From Rhodothermales bacterium (GTDB lineage Bacteria; Bacteroidota; Rhodothermia; Rhodothermales; Bin80): a stretch of 64,000 nt of DNA. Below the pieces are notes generated by a model. That model had not been told where the DNA came from and ran no database searches. It saw nothing but the letters and a program-made list of their open reading frames with translations. Location of the stretch: assembly GCA_028278205.1 (NCBI GenBank), contig JANQES010000082.1, positions 3,708 through 67,707 of the forward strand, in the 5' to 3' direction. Positions 50,298-58,877 of this stretch are shown here, one piece after another (position 1 is the first letter of the stretch; every line of letters starts with the position of its first letter). Position numbers and translations under genes: made by a program.

Positions 50298-52793
50298 ATG
50301 TCTAATCGATTCGGATTCCTGCTCCTGATGCTCGTGCTCCTGGGTGGATTGAGCGACAGCCTCTACGCCCAAAACCGGACGATCTCCGGCACGGTGCGCG
50401 ATGCCGAGAGCGGCGAGACCCTACCCTACGCCAGCGTGCTCGTCGCCGGCACCACGTTGGGCGCGGCGACGAATGTGGACGGCTACTTCGTCCTCATCGG
50501 CGTGCCTGCCGACTCACTCACGCTCCGGGTGACCTACCTGGGCTACAAAACCGCCCTCGTTGAGATCGACGCGCAGGCGCAGGAAGCGCCGCTGATCATC
50601 GAAATGACCCCGGCGGCCACGGAACTGGACGAGGTGCTCGTGACGGCGGAGAGTTATCAGATGATGAAAACCGCCGAGAAGGTCAGCCAGGTGACGGTCT
50701 CGCCTAAAGACATCGCCGTGCTGCCCAACATCGGCGAGGTGGATATCTTCCGGTCGTTGCAACTGTTGCCCGGCATTAGCGGGACGAATGAGGGCTCGTC
50801 GGGCCTGTTCGTTCGGGGCGGCACGCCGGATCAGAACCTCGTCTTGCTCGACGGCATGACGGTCTATCACGTCGATCACTTCTTCGGCTTCTTCAGCGCC
50901 TTCAACGCCGATGCCATCAAAGACGTGCAGGTTTATAAAGGCGGTTTTCCGGCGCAGTACGGCGGGCGCACCTCAAGCGTGCTCGACCTCACCGGCAAAA
51001 CCGGCGACGCCAACAACTTCCAACTCGGCGTCGGGCTCAACTTGCTCAGCAGCAACGCCGTCATCGAGGTGCCGCTGGGCGGGCGCGGGTCGTTCCTGGT
51101 GTCGGCGCGGCGGTCGTATACAGACATCCTCCAGACCGGCCTCTACAACAGCATCTACGAAACTGTCACCGGCGAAGACATCACGCCGGAGGAGCAGGCG
51201 GGCGGCCCCGGCGGCGGGCGATTTGGCGGAGGCGGCGGGGCGCTCGGCGGGGGTTTTAGAGGGCCGGGACAGGCGTTCGTGCAGCCGGATTTCTATTTCT
51301 ACGATCTCAACGCCAAGCTGACGTTTCGCCCCACGAACAAAGATGTAGCTGCCATCACCGTCTACAACGGGCAGGATCATCTCGATAAATCTCGCGATCA
51401 GAGCCAGAACCTGGGCATTGGCGGGCAGGCTAATTTCAGCGTCACCAACGACCTCCTCGACCTGACCGATTGGGGCAACGCCGGCATCAGCGGCAAGTGG
51501 TCGCGCCAGTGGAGCCCGCGTTTCTACTCGAACGCCCTCGTGGCCTATTCGCAGTATTTCAGCGAATACAACCGCAATCAGTTCATCGAACGCCGCGATG
51601 CCGAGACCGATACCGTCACGTTTTCGACGACGTTCGGTACGCTCGAAGACAATCAGGTCGGCGACTTGACGGTTCGTCTGGACAACGAGTGGCAGATGAC
51701 GCAGAAAAACAAGGTGGGCCTCGGCTTTCAGGTGACGCGCTCGGACGTGGCCTACGATTTCATCCGCGACGACACGCTCACGATTCTGGATCGCGATCAG
51801 GAGGCGCTGCAAGCCGTGGCCTACCTGCAAGACACATGGAAGCCGTTTTCGCGCCTCGACCTGACCGCCGGGGTCCGCGCCGTCTATTACGACATGACCG
51901 AGGAAACCTACATCGAGCCGCGCTTCTCGTTCATGCTGGGGCTTTCGGATCGGATCAAATTCAAAGGCGCGTACGGCCAGTACAACCAGTTCGTGGCCCG
52001 TGTGGTCAACGAAAACATTACCGAGGGGGCACGTGATTTCTGGCTGCTGGCCGACGGCGAGGACGTCGGCGTCTCCGGCTCGACGCATTACGTGCTGGGC
52101 GCCAGTTATGAGACGCCGACGTGGCTTTTCGACGTCGAGGGCTATTACAAAGACTTGACCGGGCTGACGGAATTCTCGCTCCGATTCCAGCGCAGCGGGG
52201 GCTCGTTCAGGCGGGGCGCAGGGGGCGTTGGCATCGAAGCCGATGAGTTGTTTTTCACCGGCGATGGTGTGGCGCAAGGGCTCGAATTCCTCCTTCAGAA
52301 AAAGAGCGGACGGCACACGGGCTGGATCAGCTATACGCTCAGCGACATCGATCACACCTTCCCCGATCTCAACGGCGGCGAGCCGTTTCCGGCGCTTCAC
52401 GATCAGACGCACGAGGTCAAGATCGTCAACAGCCTCCGCCTCGGCGCGCGGTGGAATGTGGCCGCGACGTGGACCTTCGCCACGGGCAAGCCCTACACCT
52501 CGCCGGAGTCGCAGTATTTCATCACATTGCTCGACGGCTCGGAGCAGAGCTTCATCCACGTCGGCGACAAGAACAGCGAGCGCCTGCCTACCTATCACCG
52601 GCTCGATGCGGCGTTGCATTACAAGTTCGACATCGGCACCTCGCGGGTGGACGTAGGCCTGTCGGTGTTCAACCTCTACAACCGCGAGAACGTCTGGTAC
52701 AAGGAATTCGACCTGACGGAATCGCCCATGGTCACGACCGATGTGACGTTTCTGGGCTTCACTCCCAATCTCTCTGTTCGTGTGGATCTCTAG
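50298..52793 (+). CDS. TonB-dependent receptor with N-terminal CarboxypepD_reg-like domain
   Basis: 831 aa. Signal peptide. ISGTVRDAESGETLPYASVLVAG...NVDGYFVL. Plug-like region (LPGISG...GLFVRGG...NLVLLDGMTVY) and a beta-barrel. Confidence 0.88.
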   Translation: MSNRFGFLLLMLVLLGGLSDSLYAQNRTISGTVRDAESGETLPYASVLVAGTTLGAATNVDGYFVLIGVPADSLTLRVTYLGYKTALVEIDAQAQEAPLIIEMTPAATELDEVLVTAESYQMMKTAEKVSQVTVSPKDIAVLPNIGEVDIFRSLQLLPGISGTNEGSSGLFVRGGTPDQNLVLLDGMTVYHVDHFFGFFSAFNADAIKDVQVYKGGFPAQYGGRTSSVLDLTGKTGDANNFQLGVGLNLLSSNAVIEVPLGGRGSFLVSARRSYTDILQTGLYNSIYETVTGEDITPEEQAGGPGGGRFGGGGGALGGGFRGPGQAFVQPDFYFYDLNAKLTFRPTNKDVAAITVYNGQDHLDKSRDQSQNLGIGGQANFSVTNDLLDLTDWGNAGISGKWSRQWSPRFYSNALVAYSQYFSEYNRNQFIERRDAETDTVTFSTTFGTLEDNQVGDLTVRLDNEWQMTQKNKVGLGFQVTRSDVAYDFIRDDTLTILDRDQEALQAVAYLQDTWKPFSRLDLTAGVRAVYYDMTEETYIEPRFSFMLGLSDRIKFKGAYGQYNQFVARVVNENITEGARDFWLLADGEDVGVSGSTHYVLGASYETPTWLFDVEGYYKDLTGLTEFSLRFQRSGGSFRRGAGGVGIEADELFFTGDGVAQGLEFLLQKKSGRHTGWISYTLSDIDHTFPDLNGGEPFPALHDQTHEVKIVNSLRLGARWNVAATWTFATGKPYTSPESQYFITLLDGSEQSFIHVGDKNSERLPTYHRLDAALHYKFDIGTSRVDVGLSVFNLYNRENVWYKEFDLTESPMVTTDVTFLGFTPNLSVRVDL

Positions 52794-52883
52794 CGCGGAT
52801 GAACGGAGAGATTGCGGGAGCGTGGGGCCGGGTGTTGGGAGCCACCCGGTCCCATCGCTACCGTGTTCTTTAGTTTCTACCTT

Positions 52884-52992
52884 GTCATCCCGAGCGACCG
52901 AAGGGAGTCGAGGGATCTCCCCGGTAGAAGAATGCCTCAACGGGGGAGATCTCTCCGCTCCCCCTGCCTGCGCAGGGGTCGGTCGAGATGAC
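52884..52992. repeat. Imperfect palindromic element of the GTCATCCCGAGCG... type
   Basis: gtcatcccgagcgaccgaagggagtcgagggatctcccc ... ggggagatctc...ggtcgagatgac. Confidence 0.65.
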
Positions 52993-53025
52993 ACCATTGA
53001 GTTGGTTGCTAAAACGATACCCGCC

Positions 53026-53859
53026 ATGAAAACAACGATAACCCTCGCCCTAACCGCCCTCCTGCTGATGGCCGCCTGCGACAGCGTGGACTCCGGCGAT
53101 CTCGACGATCCGATTGTCGTGGAGGCGTTCCTTTTTGCCGGCGAACCTATCGACGACATCCACCTGAGCAGCGTCATCCCGCTCGACAGCGAAGACTCGC
53201 TCGCCACGCCCATCAACGATGCCGATGTGCGGCTCATCAAAGACGGGGCGGCGTACACGCTGGCGCCGTCGGGCACAGACGGCTTTTATCACTATCCGGA
53301 TGACGATCTGACGGTCGAGATTGGCGATGTTTTTCAACTCGAAGTGGAGTACGGCAGCACCCGCATCACCGCCGAGACGACGGTGCCGGCGCCACCCACC
53401 GGCGTCTCGATGCCGGTAACGACGATCATTGTGCCGAGTGTAGGCGACGATTTCTTCGCCATCCGCGAACTCTTCCAGACGCTGAACCAGGAAAACACCC
53501 TCTCCGTCACGTGGGATAATCCGAATGCAGAATCCTACTTCGTCGCCCTCGAAGCACCGGCCAATGACAATCCGGACTACCTCTTGCCCGAGTTTGTCCG
53601 CGAGCGCTTCGGCGGCTTTCGCATCGTCACCCAGCCGACGACGGCTAACTTCTTTGACATCCCGATTCTCTCGCTCGAAATCGTCGGTGCCTACACGACG
53701 ACGGTCTACCGCATCAACCAGGAATACGCCGACCTCTACGAAAACCGCGAGCAGGACTCGCGCGATCTCAACGAACCACCCACCAACATCGAAGGCGGGC
53801 TGGGTGTCTTCAGCGCCTTCAACGGCCAGAGCATCACGTTTCAGATCGTGCGGGAATAG
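53026..53859 (+). CDS. Lipoprotein partner of the TonB-dependent receptor (DUF4249-like)
   Basis: ATG 53026 gives MKTTITLALTALLLMAACDS with a lipobox. The position after a CarboxypepD_reg TBDR is typical of DUF4249. The family call rests on context and length. Confidence 0.65.
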   Translation: MKTTITLALTALLLMAACDSVDSGDLDDPIVVEAFLFAGEPIDDIHLSSVIPLDSEDSLATPINDADVRLIKDGAAYTLAPSGTDGFYHYPDDDLTVEIGDVFQLEVEYGSTRITAETTVPAPPTGVSMPVTTIIVPSVGDDFFAIRELFQTLNQENTLSVTWDNPNAESYFVALEAPANDNPDYLLPEFVRERFGGFRIVTQPTTANFFDIPILSLEIVGAYTTTVYRINQEYADLYENREQDSRDLNEPPTNIEGGLGVFSAFNGQSITFQIVRE

Positions 53860-53873
53860 CTTTCGATGTGGGA

Positions 53874-54033
53874 TGTCATTGGCATTAAGTCAAGACCTCC
53901 TCGTTCCCATGCTCTGCGTGGGAACGCACTCTGAGACGCTCTGCGTCTCCCTTTTGGACGCAGAGCGTCCAGATCTGCATTCCCACGGAGGACCGTGGGA
54001 ACGAGCTTTTCAAGCTTAACTTAATGCCATTGA
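53874..54033. mobile_element. 160-bp MITE-like element with 16-bp TIRs and nested palindromes
   Basis: TIRs gtcattggcattaagt / acttaatgccattgac. Inner arms ttcccatgctctgcgtgggaac and ggacgcagagcgtcc. Confidence 0.75.
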
Positions 54034-54099
54034 CGTCCACACGTTCATACATCCTTACAAAACGAAAACAAACCCAACCGACGAACCCCTCAGACTCCC

Positions 54100-54855
54100 G
54101 TGAAAAACTCCCTCAAAATCACCCTTGCCCTGGTCCTCGTCCTGTCGCTCGGCGGATGCGGCGGCACCGAGGCGCTTCAGAGCGAAACATTGGACCGCGA
54201 AATCATTGTGGACGGCGCGGTGGAAGATTGGCAAGGCGCCCTCACGCCGATTGAGAAGAAGAACCTGTCTCTCGGACTGCTCAACGACGGGGAGTTTCTC
54301 TACGTCGCGCTCGTCGCCAGAGAGCAGCAGCAGGTCAGCCAGATGATGAGCCGTGGTTTTACGGTCTGGTTCGATGCCGAAGGCGGCAAAGCGAAGACCT
54401 TCGGCATCCGCTTTCCGCTTGGTTTGATGGCATCCGGGGCTGGTTTCTCGCCTCGCGCGCGTCAAGAAGAGCAAGACCCGGAAGCGCGCCGTCAACGGTT
54501 CGAGGAATCGTTGATGAACATGGAGATTTTCGACAGCGAAGACCACGGCATGCGCTTTGCCGTCAACACCGTGCAGGGCATCGCGGTGGATGCGACGATG
54601 GAGGCCGGGACCCTCGTTTATGAATTGCAGGTGCCGCTTCGCAAGACCGAGGCGCACGCCTTCGCCGTTGGCGCCGCGCCGGGCGACGTCATCGGCGTGG
54701 GCCTGGAGACGCCGGAGATCGACCGCGAGGCGATGCGCCAGCAGATGGGCGCACGCGGCGGTGGACGCGCCGGGCCGGCGGCGGGCGCGGCGGCATGGGC
54801 GGCGGACGCGGCGGCCAGCAACGCCCCGACCCGCTCAAGCTGTGGACGACGGTAA
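54100..54855 (+). CDS. Hypothetical lipoprotein with a Gly/Arg/Ala-rich C-terminus (possible frameshift near 54765)
   Basis: Lipobox LSLGGCGG. See the finding on the alternative frame ending at 54875. Confidence 0.65.
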   Translation: MKNSLKITLALVLVLSLGGCGGTEALQSETLDREIIVDGAVEDWQGALTPIEKKNLSLGLLNDGEFLYVALVAREQQQVSQMMSRGFTVWFDAEGGKAKTFGIRFPLGLMASGAGFSPRARQEEQDPEARRQRFEESLMNMEIFDSEDHGMRFAVNTVQGIAVDATMEAGTLVYELQVPLRKTEAHAFAVGAAPGDVIGVGLETPEIDREAMRQQMGARGGGRAGPAAGAAAWAADAAASNAPTRSSCGRR

Positions 54856-54905
54856 CGCTGGCAACGGCGGAGTAGGTCTATTGTGTGAGAAGATTTCGGC
54901 TATTT

Positions 54906-54978
54906 CGATTTTTTAACCGCAGAGTTCGCAAACCGTGCCATCTCTGCGTCCTCTGCGAACTCTGCGGTTAAAAAATCG
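54906..54978. terminator. Perfect 25-bp inverted repeat (terminator-like)
   Basis: cgattttttaaccgcagagttcgca ... tgcgaactctgcggttaaaaaatcg with a 23-nt loop. Confidence 0.6.
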
Positions 54979-55173
54979 AACCATTCACCCATCATCACGA
55001 GCCATTCAGCCATTTCCACACACGATTCACCCGTTCGCCGGGCAGGGTTGGTGAAACGGCGTAGGGGTGTTGCCCATCTCAGCGTGTACTAGCCACATAA
55101 AACCTCCTCTGTGCATCGTTTCGGCTCTCACCCGGCCATCCTTTTTTATTGACTCCCTAATCCTGCCGACGCC

Positions 55174-58100
55174 ATGCGTACCTTCGTACTCGGCTGCGTA
55201 GTGAGTGCCTTTGTGTTCGCGCTGCTAGCCCCCCCGCCCTCGGTTGCTCAGACCTTCGGTCGTAACAAAGTCCAGTACGACGACTTCGACTTCCAGGTCT
55301 TTCGGACCGAACACTTCGAGTTTTATTACTATCCGGAAGCCGAGCAGGCGGTGAAAGACGCTGCCCGCATGGCCGAACGGTGGTATCATCGCCACGGGCA
55401 ACTCTTCGCCCGGCAGTTCGCCGAGCGTAAGCCGATCATCCTTTACGCCAACGACGCCGATTTCCACCAGACCAACGTCATCAACAGCAGCCTGGGCGAG
55501 GGCACCGGCGGCGTCACGGAGAGCCTCAAGCAACGCGTGGTGATGCCGCTGACGGGCATCTACGGCGAGACCGATCACGTGCTCGGCCACGAACTCGTCC
55601 ATTCGTTCCAATACGACATCGGCCTGTCGAACGGCGAGAATCGCAGTTCGCGCTTCAACCTGGGCCTGCTGCCGCTATGGCTGGTCGAAGGCACGGCGGA
55701 GTATTTCTCGGTGGGGCGGCGCGATCCGCACACGGCCATGTGGCTGCGCGACGCCGCCCTGCGCGACGACCTGCCGACGATCAAACAACTGACGAACAAG
55801 CCGTACGAGTACTTCCCCTATCGCTACGGGCAGGCGTACATGGCGTACGTCGGCGGCAAGTACGGCGATGCGGCAGTGGCCGAGCTTTTCAAAACCGGCG
55901 GGCGCAGCGGGCTCGACTCGGCGTTCGTCTACACCCTCGGCATCACGACGGATTCGCTCTCGACGGAGTGGATTCAGGCGGTGAAAGAGGCGTATCTGCC
56001 GCTCGTCGAGGGCCGCACGCCGGCGGATAGCGCCGGGCGGCGCGTGCTGGCCAAAGACCTCGGCGCGGGCAACATCAACATCGCCCCGGCGATCAGCCCG
56101 GACGGGCAGTACGTGGCGTTCCTCTCCGAGCGCGACGTCTTCAACATCAACCTCTTCGTGGCCGACGCCACCACCGGCAAGGTCATCACGAAGCTCCGCA
56201 GCAGCGCCTCCAACAACCATTTCGACTCGATCCGCTTCATCAACTCCGCCGGCACGTGGTCGCCCGACGGCAAGCAGTTGGCCTTCGTCACGTTTGCCGA
56301 CGGCGACAACGAGATCGCCATCTGGGAGTTGGATTCGGGGTCGATCACGGATCGCATCCGGGTCGAAGGCGTCACGGCGCTGTCGAACCCGGCGTGGTCG
56401 CCTGATGGCAAGACGCTGGCTTTTTCGGGGATGAACGGCGGCATCAGCGATCTGTACCTGCTCGATCTCAAAACGAACGCCGTCCGCCAGCTCACCGACG
56501 ACCGCTTCGCTGATATCCAGCCGGCGTGGTCGCCCGACAGCAAGACGCTGGCCTTCACGACAGACCGGGGCGAAGACGGCACCAACTTCGAGACGCTCGC
56601 CAGCGTCAAGGTGCGGCTGGGCTTGATCGACGTTGAGACCGGCGACATCGAGGTGCTCAAGCCTTTCGGCAAAGCGCTGCATCACAACCCGCAGTTCTCG
56701 CCGGATGGCCGCAGCCTGTTTTTCATCTCGGATCAGGACGGCTTTAAGGATATCTATCGCCGCGTGCTCGCCACGCGCGAGACGATGCGCATCACCAACC
56801 TCCAGACCGGCGTCAGCGGCATCACCGCGCTCTCGCCGGCCATGTCTGTGGCGATGCAGAGCGGGCGGATGCTCTTCTCCGTCTTCAGCGACGGCGAATA
56901 CACCGTCTTCAGCCTCGAAGCCGACGACCTCGCGGCGCATTCGACCCCGATCACGCAGACGAACGTCGCCACCGTGATCCCGATGCCGGGGACGCTCCAG
57001 ACGACGCTCGCGGAAAACGGCGTTGTAGAAACGACGCCGGACGCGGCAGCGGAGACGGTGAGCGAGGCGGTGGCTGCCGGGTTGCTGCCACCGTGGAGCG
57101 CGCAGGGCGAGGGCCTCGTCGCCAACCACCTGGGCGATGCGCTCACGGGCCTGCCCGAAAGATCGAATTACGAGAGCAAAGACTACAGCGCTAAACTCAA
57201 GCTGGACTACATCGCGCCGCCGTCGGTGGGTGTTTCGCTGGGCGGCTTTTACGGCAGCGGTCTGTACGGCGGCGTCGGGTTCTATTTCAGCGACATGCTG
57301 GGCAATCAGAACCTCGGCGTGGGTGTGCAGATGAACGGCGGCATCAAAGACATCGGCGCGCAGGTGCAGTATATCAACCGGAAAAACCGGTTTAATTACG
57401 GCGGATCGGTGGCCCACATTCCGTATCGCTACGGCGGCATCTTTCTGGATCAGACTGCCGGCGGAGGCTTGGCCTACACCGAGTTGCGCCAGCGCATCTT
57501 CATCGATATGGCCTCTCTCGTCGGCTCTTATGCGCTGAGCACCACGCGGCGCATCGAGACCACCGTCGGCGTGGTGCGTTACGGCTTCGACTACGACGCC
57601 ATCGTCTACAACTTCGACGGCAGCCGCGACGTCCAGAGCCTCGACGCGCCGGATCCGCTCTACCTCTTCCAGGGCGGCGCGGCCTACGTCAACGATTTCA
57701 GCGCCTTCGGCTACACGTCGCCGGTGAAGGGCGGGCGCAGCCGCTTACAGGTGACGCCGCTCATCGGATCCGAAACGTTCGTGAGCGTGATGGCCGATTA
57801 CCGGCGCTATTTCTACACGAAGCCGGTGACGGTGGCCGTGCGCGGCCTGCACGTGGGCAACTACGGCGCCCGCGAAGACGACGTCTTCGGGCGGGAATAT
57901 CTGGGCGCACCCTATTACGCCGGCTTCGTGCGCGGCTACAGCTTCAACTCGTTCGACGCCAGCGAATGCTCCACAGCGGATTGCCCGGAATATGACCGGC
58001 TCTTCGGCACCCGCCTGGCCCTGGCCAGCGCCGAAGTCCGGGTGCCGCTGATGGGCTCCGAGGCGTTCGGGTTGATCAACTTCCCGTACCTGCCCACCGA

Positions 58101-58323
58101 ACTCTCGCTCTTTGCCGACGCGGGGCTGGCGTGGTCGGAAGAGTCGTCGCCGGTGTTTGCGTTCTCACGCAATTCGTCGGAGCGCGTGCCGGTGTTCAGC
58201 GTCGGGGCCTCGACGCGGTTCAATCTCTTCGGCGCGTTGGTCTTCGAAGTCTTTTACGCCTACCCATTCCAGCGCCCCGAGAAAGGCGGCCACTTCGGCC
58301 TGCAATTCGCCCCCGGCTGGTAA
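55174..58323 (+). CDS. Large envelope protein: HExxH metallopeptidase-like N-domain, PD40/TolB-type beta-propeller repeats, and a C-terminal Omp85-like barrel
   Basis: 1049 aa. Signal peptide. GHELVHSFQYD. Five [WF]SPDG repeats (ISPDGQYVAF, WSPDGKQLAF, WSPDGKTLAF, WSPDSKTLAF, FSPDGRSLFF). Beta-rich C-terminus ends ...FGLQFAPGW. Confidence 0.8.
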   Translation: MRTFVLGCVVSAFVFALLAPPPSVAQTFGRNKVQYDDFDFQVFRTEHFEFYYYPEAEQAVKDAARMAERWYHRHGQLFARQFAERKPIILYANDADFHQTNVINSSLGEGTGGVTESLKQRVVMPLTGIYGETDHVLGHELVHSFQYDIGLSNGENRSSRFNLGLLPLWLVEGTAEYFSVGRRDPHTAMWLRDAALRDDLPTIKQLTNKPYEYFPYRYGQAYMAYVGGKYGDAAVAELFKTGGRSGLDSAFVYTLGITTDSLSTEWIQAVKEAYLPLVEGRTPADSAGRRVLAKDLGAGNINIAPAISPDGQYVAFLSERDVFNINLFVADATTGKVITKLRSSASNNHFDSIRFINSAGTWSPDGKQLAFVTFADGDNEIAIWELDSGSITDRIRVEGVTALSNPAWSPDGKTLAFSGMNGGISDLYLLDLKTNAVRQLTDDRFADIQPAWSPDSKTLAFTTDRGEDGTNFETLASVKVRLGLIDVETGDIEVLKPFGKALHHNPQFSPDGRSLFFISDQDGFKDIYRRVLATRETMRITNLQTGVSGITALSPAMSVAMQSGRMLFSVFSDGEYTVFSLEADDLAAHSTPITQTNVATVIPMPGTLQTTLAENGVVETTPDAAAETVSEAVAAGLLPPWSAQGEGLVANHLGDALTGLPERSNYESKDYSAKLKLDYIAPPSVGVSLGGFYGSGLYGGVGFYFSDMLGNQNLGVGVQMNGGIKDIGAQVQYINRKNRFNYGGSVAHIPYRYGGIFLDQTAGGGLAYTELRQRIFIDMASLVGSYALSTTRRIETTVGVVRYGFDYDAIVYNFDGSRDVQSLDAPDPLYLFQGGAAYVNDFSAFGYTSPVKGGRSRLQVTPLIGSETFVSVMADYRRYFYTKPVTVAVRGLHVGNYGAREDDVFGREYLGAPYYAGFVRGYSFNSFDASECSTADCPEYDRLFGTRLALASAEVRVPLMGSEAFGLINFPYLPTELSLFADAGLAWSEESSPVFAFSRNSSERVPVFSVGASTRFNLFGALVFEVFYAYPFQRPEKGGHFGLQFAPGW

Positions 58324-58479
58324 TGCGTGGCGACGCAGGGGGCGGCGTGCTCCGGCTGGGACAATATTTATCGTCCCGAAGCGTTATCTCGAAGGCCCCC
58401 CGGTCGTGAGCACGCCGCCCCTCCTTTTGTTGAATCGGATAATCGCATGCGATAATGCTATTGCCCCCGATGAAGGTGT

Positions 58480-58733
58480 CCGGCACGTTGATGCTCTTTG
58501 ATTATTTGCTTCGGTAATCGCTTCCAGCGCGATTCCCCCTTCGAAGGGGGACAGCGTTCGGCAAACGTAGGTGCAGCCGGACGCAGGGGGATGTTCGTGC
58601 GGCCTGAGATGAGGTTTTCAAGAGGCCGCACGAACATCCCCCGCCCCTCCTTCATCGGGGCACCCCCTTCGAAGGGGGATTTTTCGGTGGTGCCCCTACC
58701 GAAGTACTTCGTCAAAGCTCATCAACGTGCCGG
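58480..58733. mobile_element. 254-bp MITE-like element with nested palindromes
   Basis: TIRs ccggcacgttgatg / catcaacgtgccgg. Two cccccttcgaaggggga palindromes. Central gggggatgttcgtgcggcc...ggccgcacgaacatccccc. Confidence 0.75.
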
Positions 58734-58877
58734 ATATCTGACGCTCTCTGCTTCAATCCATTATTGCTACAGACCGGGCCGGTTTTACGTGTCGCTCGCG
58801 TGGCATTCTCGTAAGGCCGCAGCCACCGCCGGGCGACACACCGGCCCGGTCTCTTTTTTTAGGTAACAATCCTCGCC

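Noticed and set aside
52780-53025. N-terminal extension of ORF 52780-53859.
   Set aside because: It translates through the palindromic repeat 52884-52992. ATG 53026 gives a canonical lipoprotein signal peptide.
50973-53276. 767-aa minus-strand ORF. Similar cases at 55675-57417 and 58785-60476.
   Set aside because: They are antisense to the TonB-dependent receptor, the PD40/Omp85 protein and BamA respectively. No motifs are present, so they are shadow ORFs of GC-rich coding DNA.
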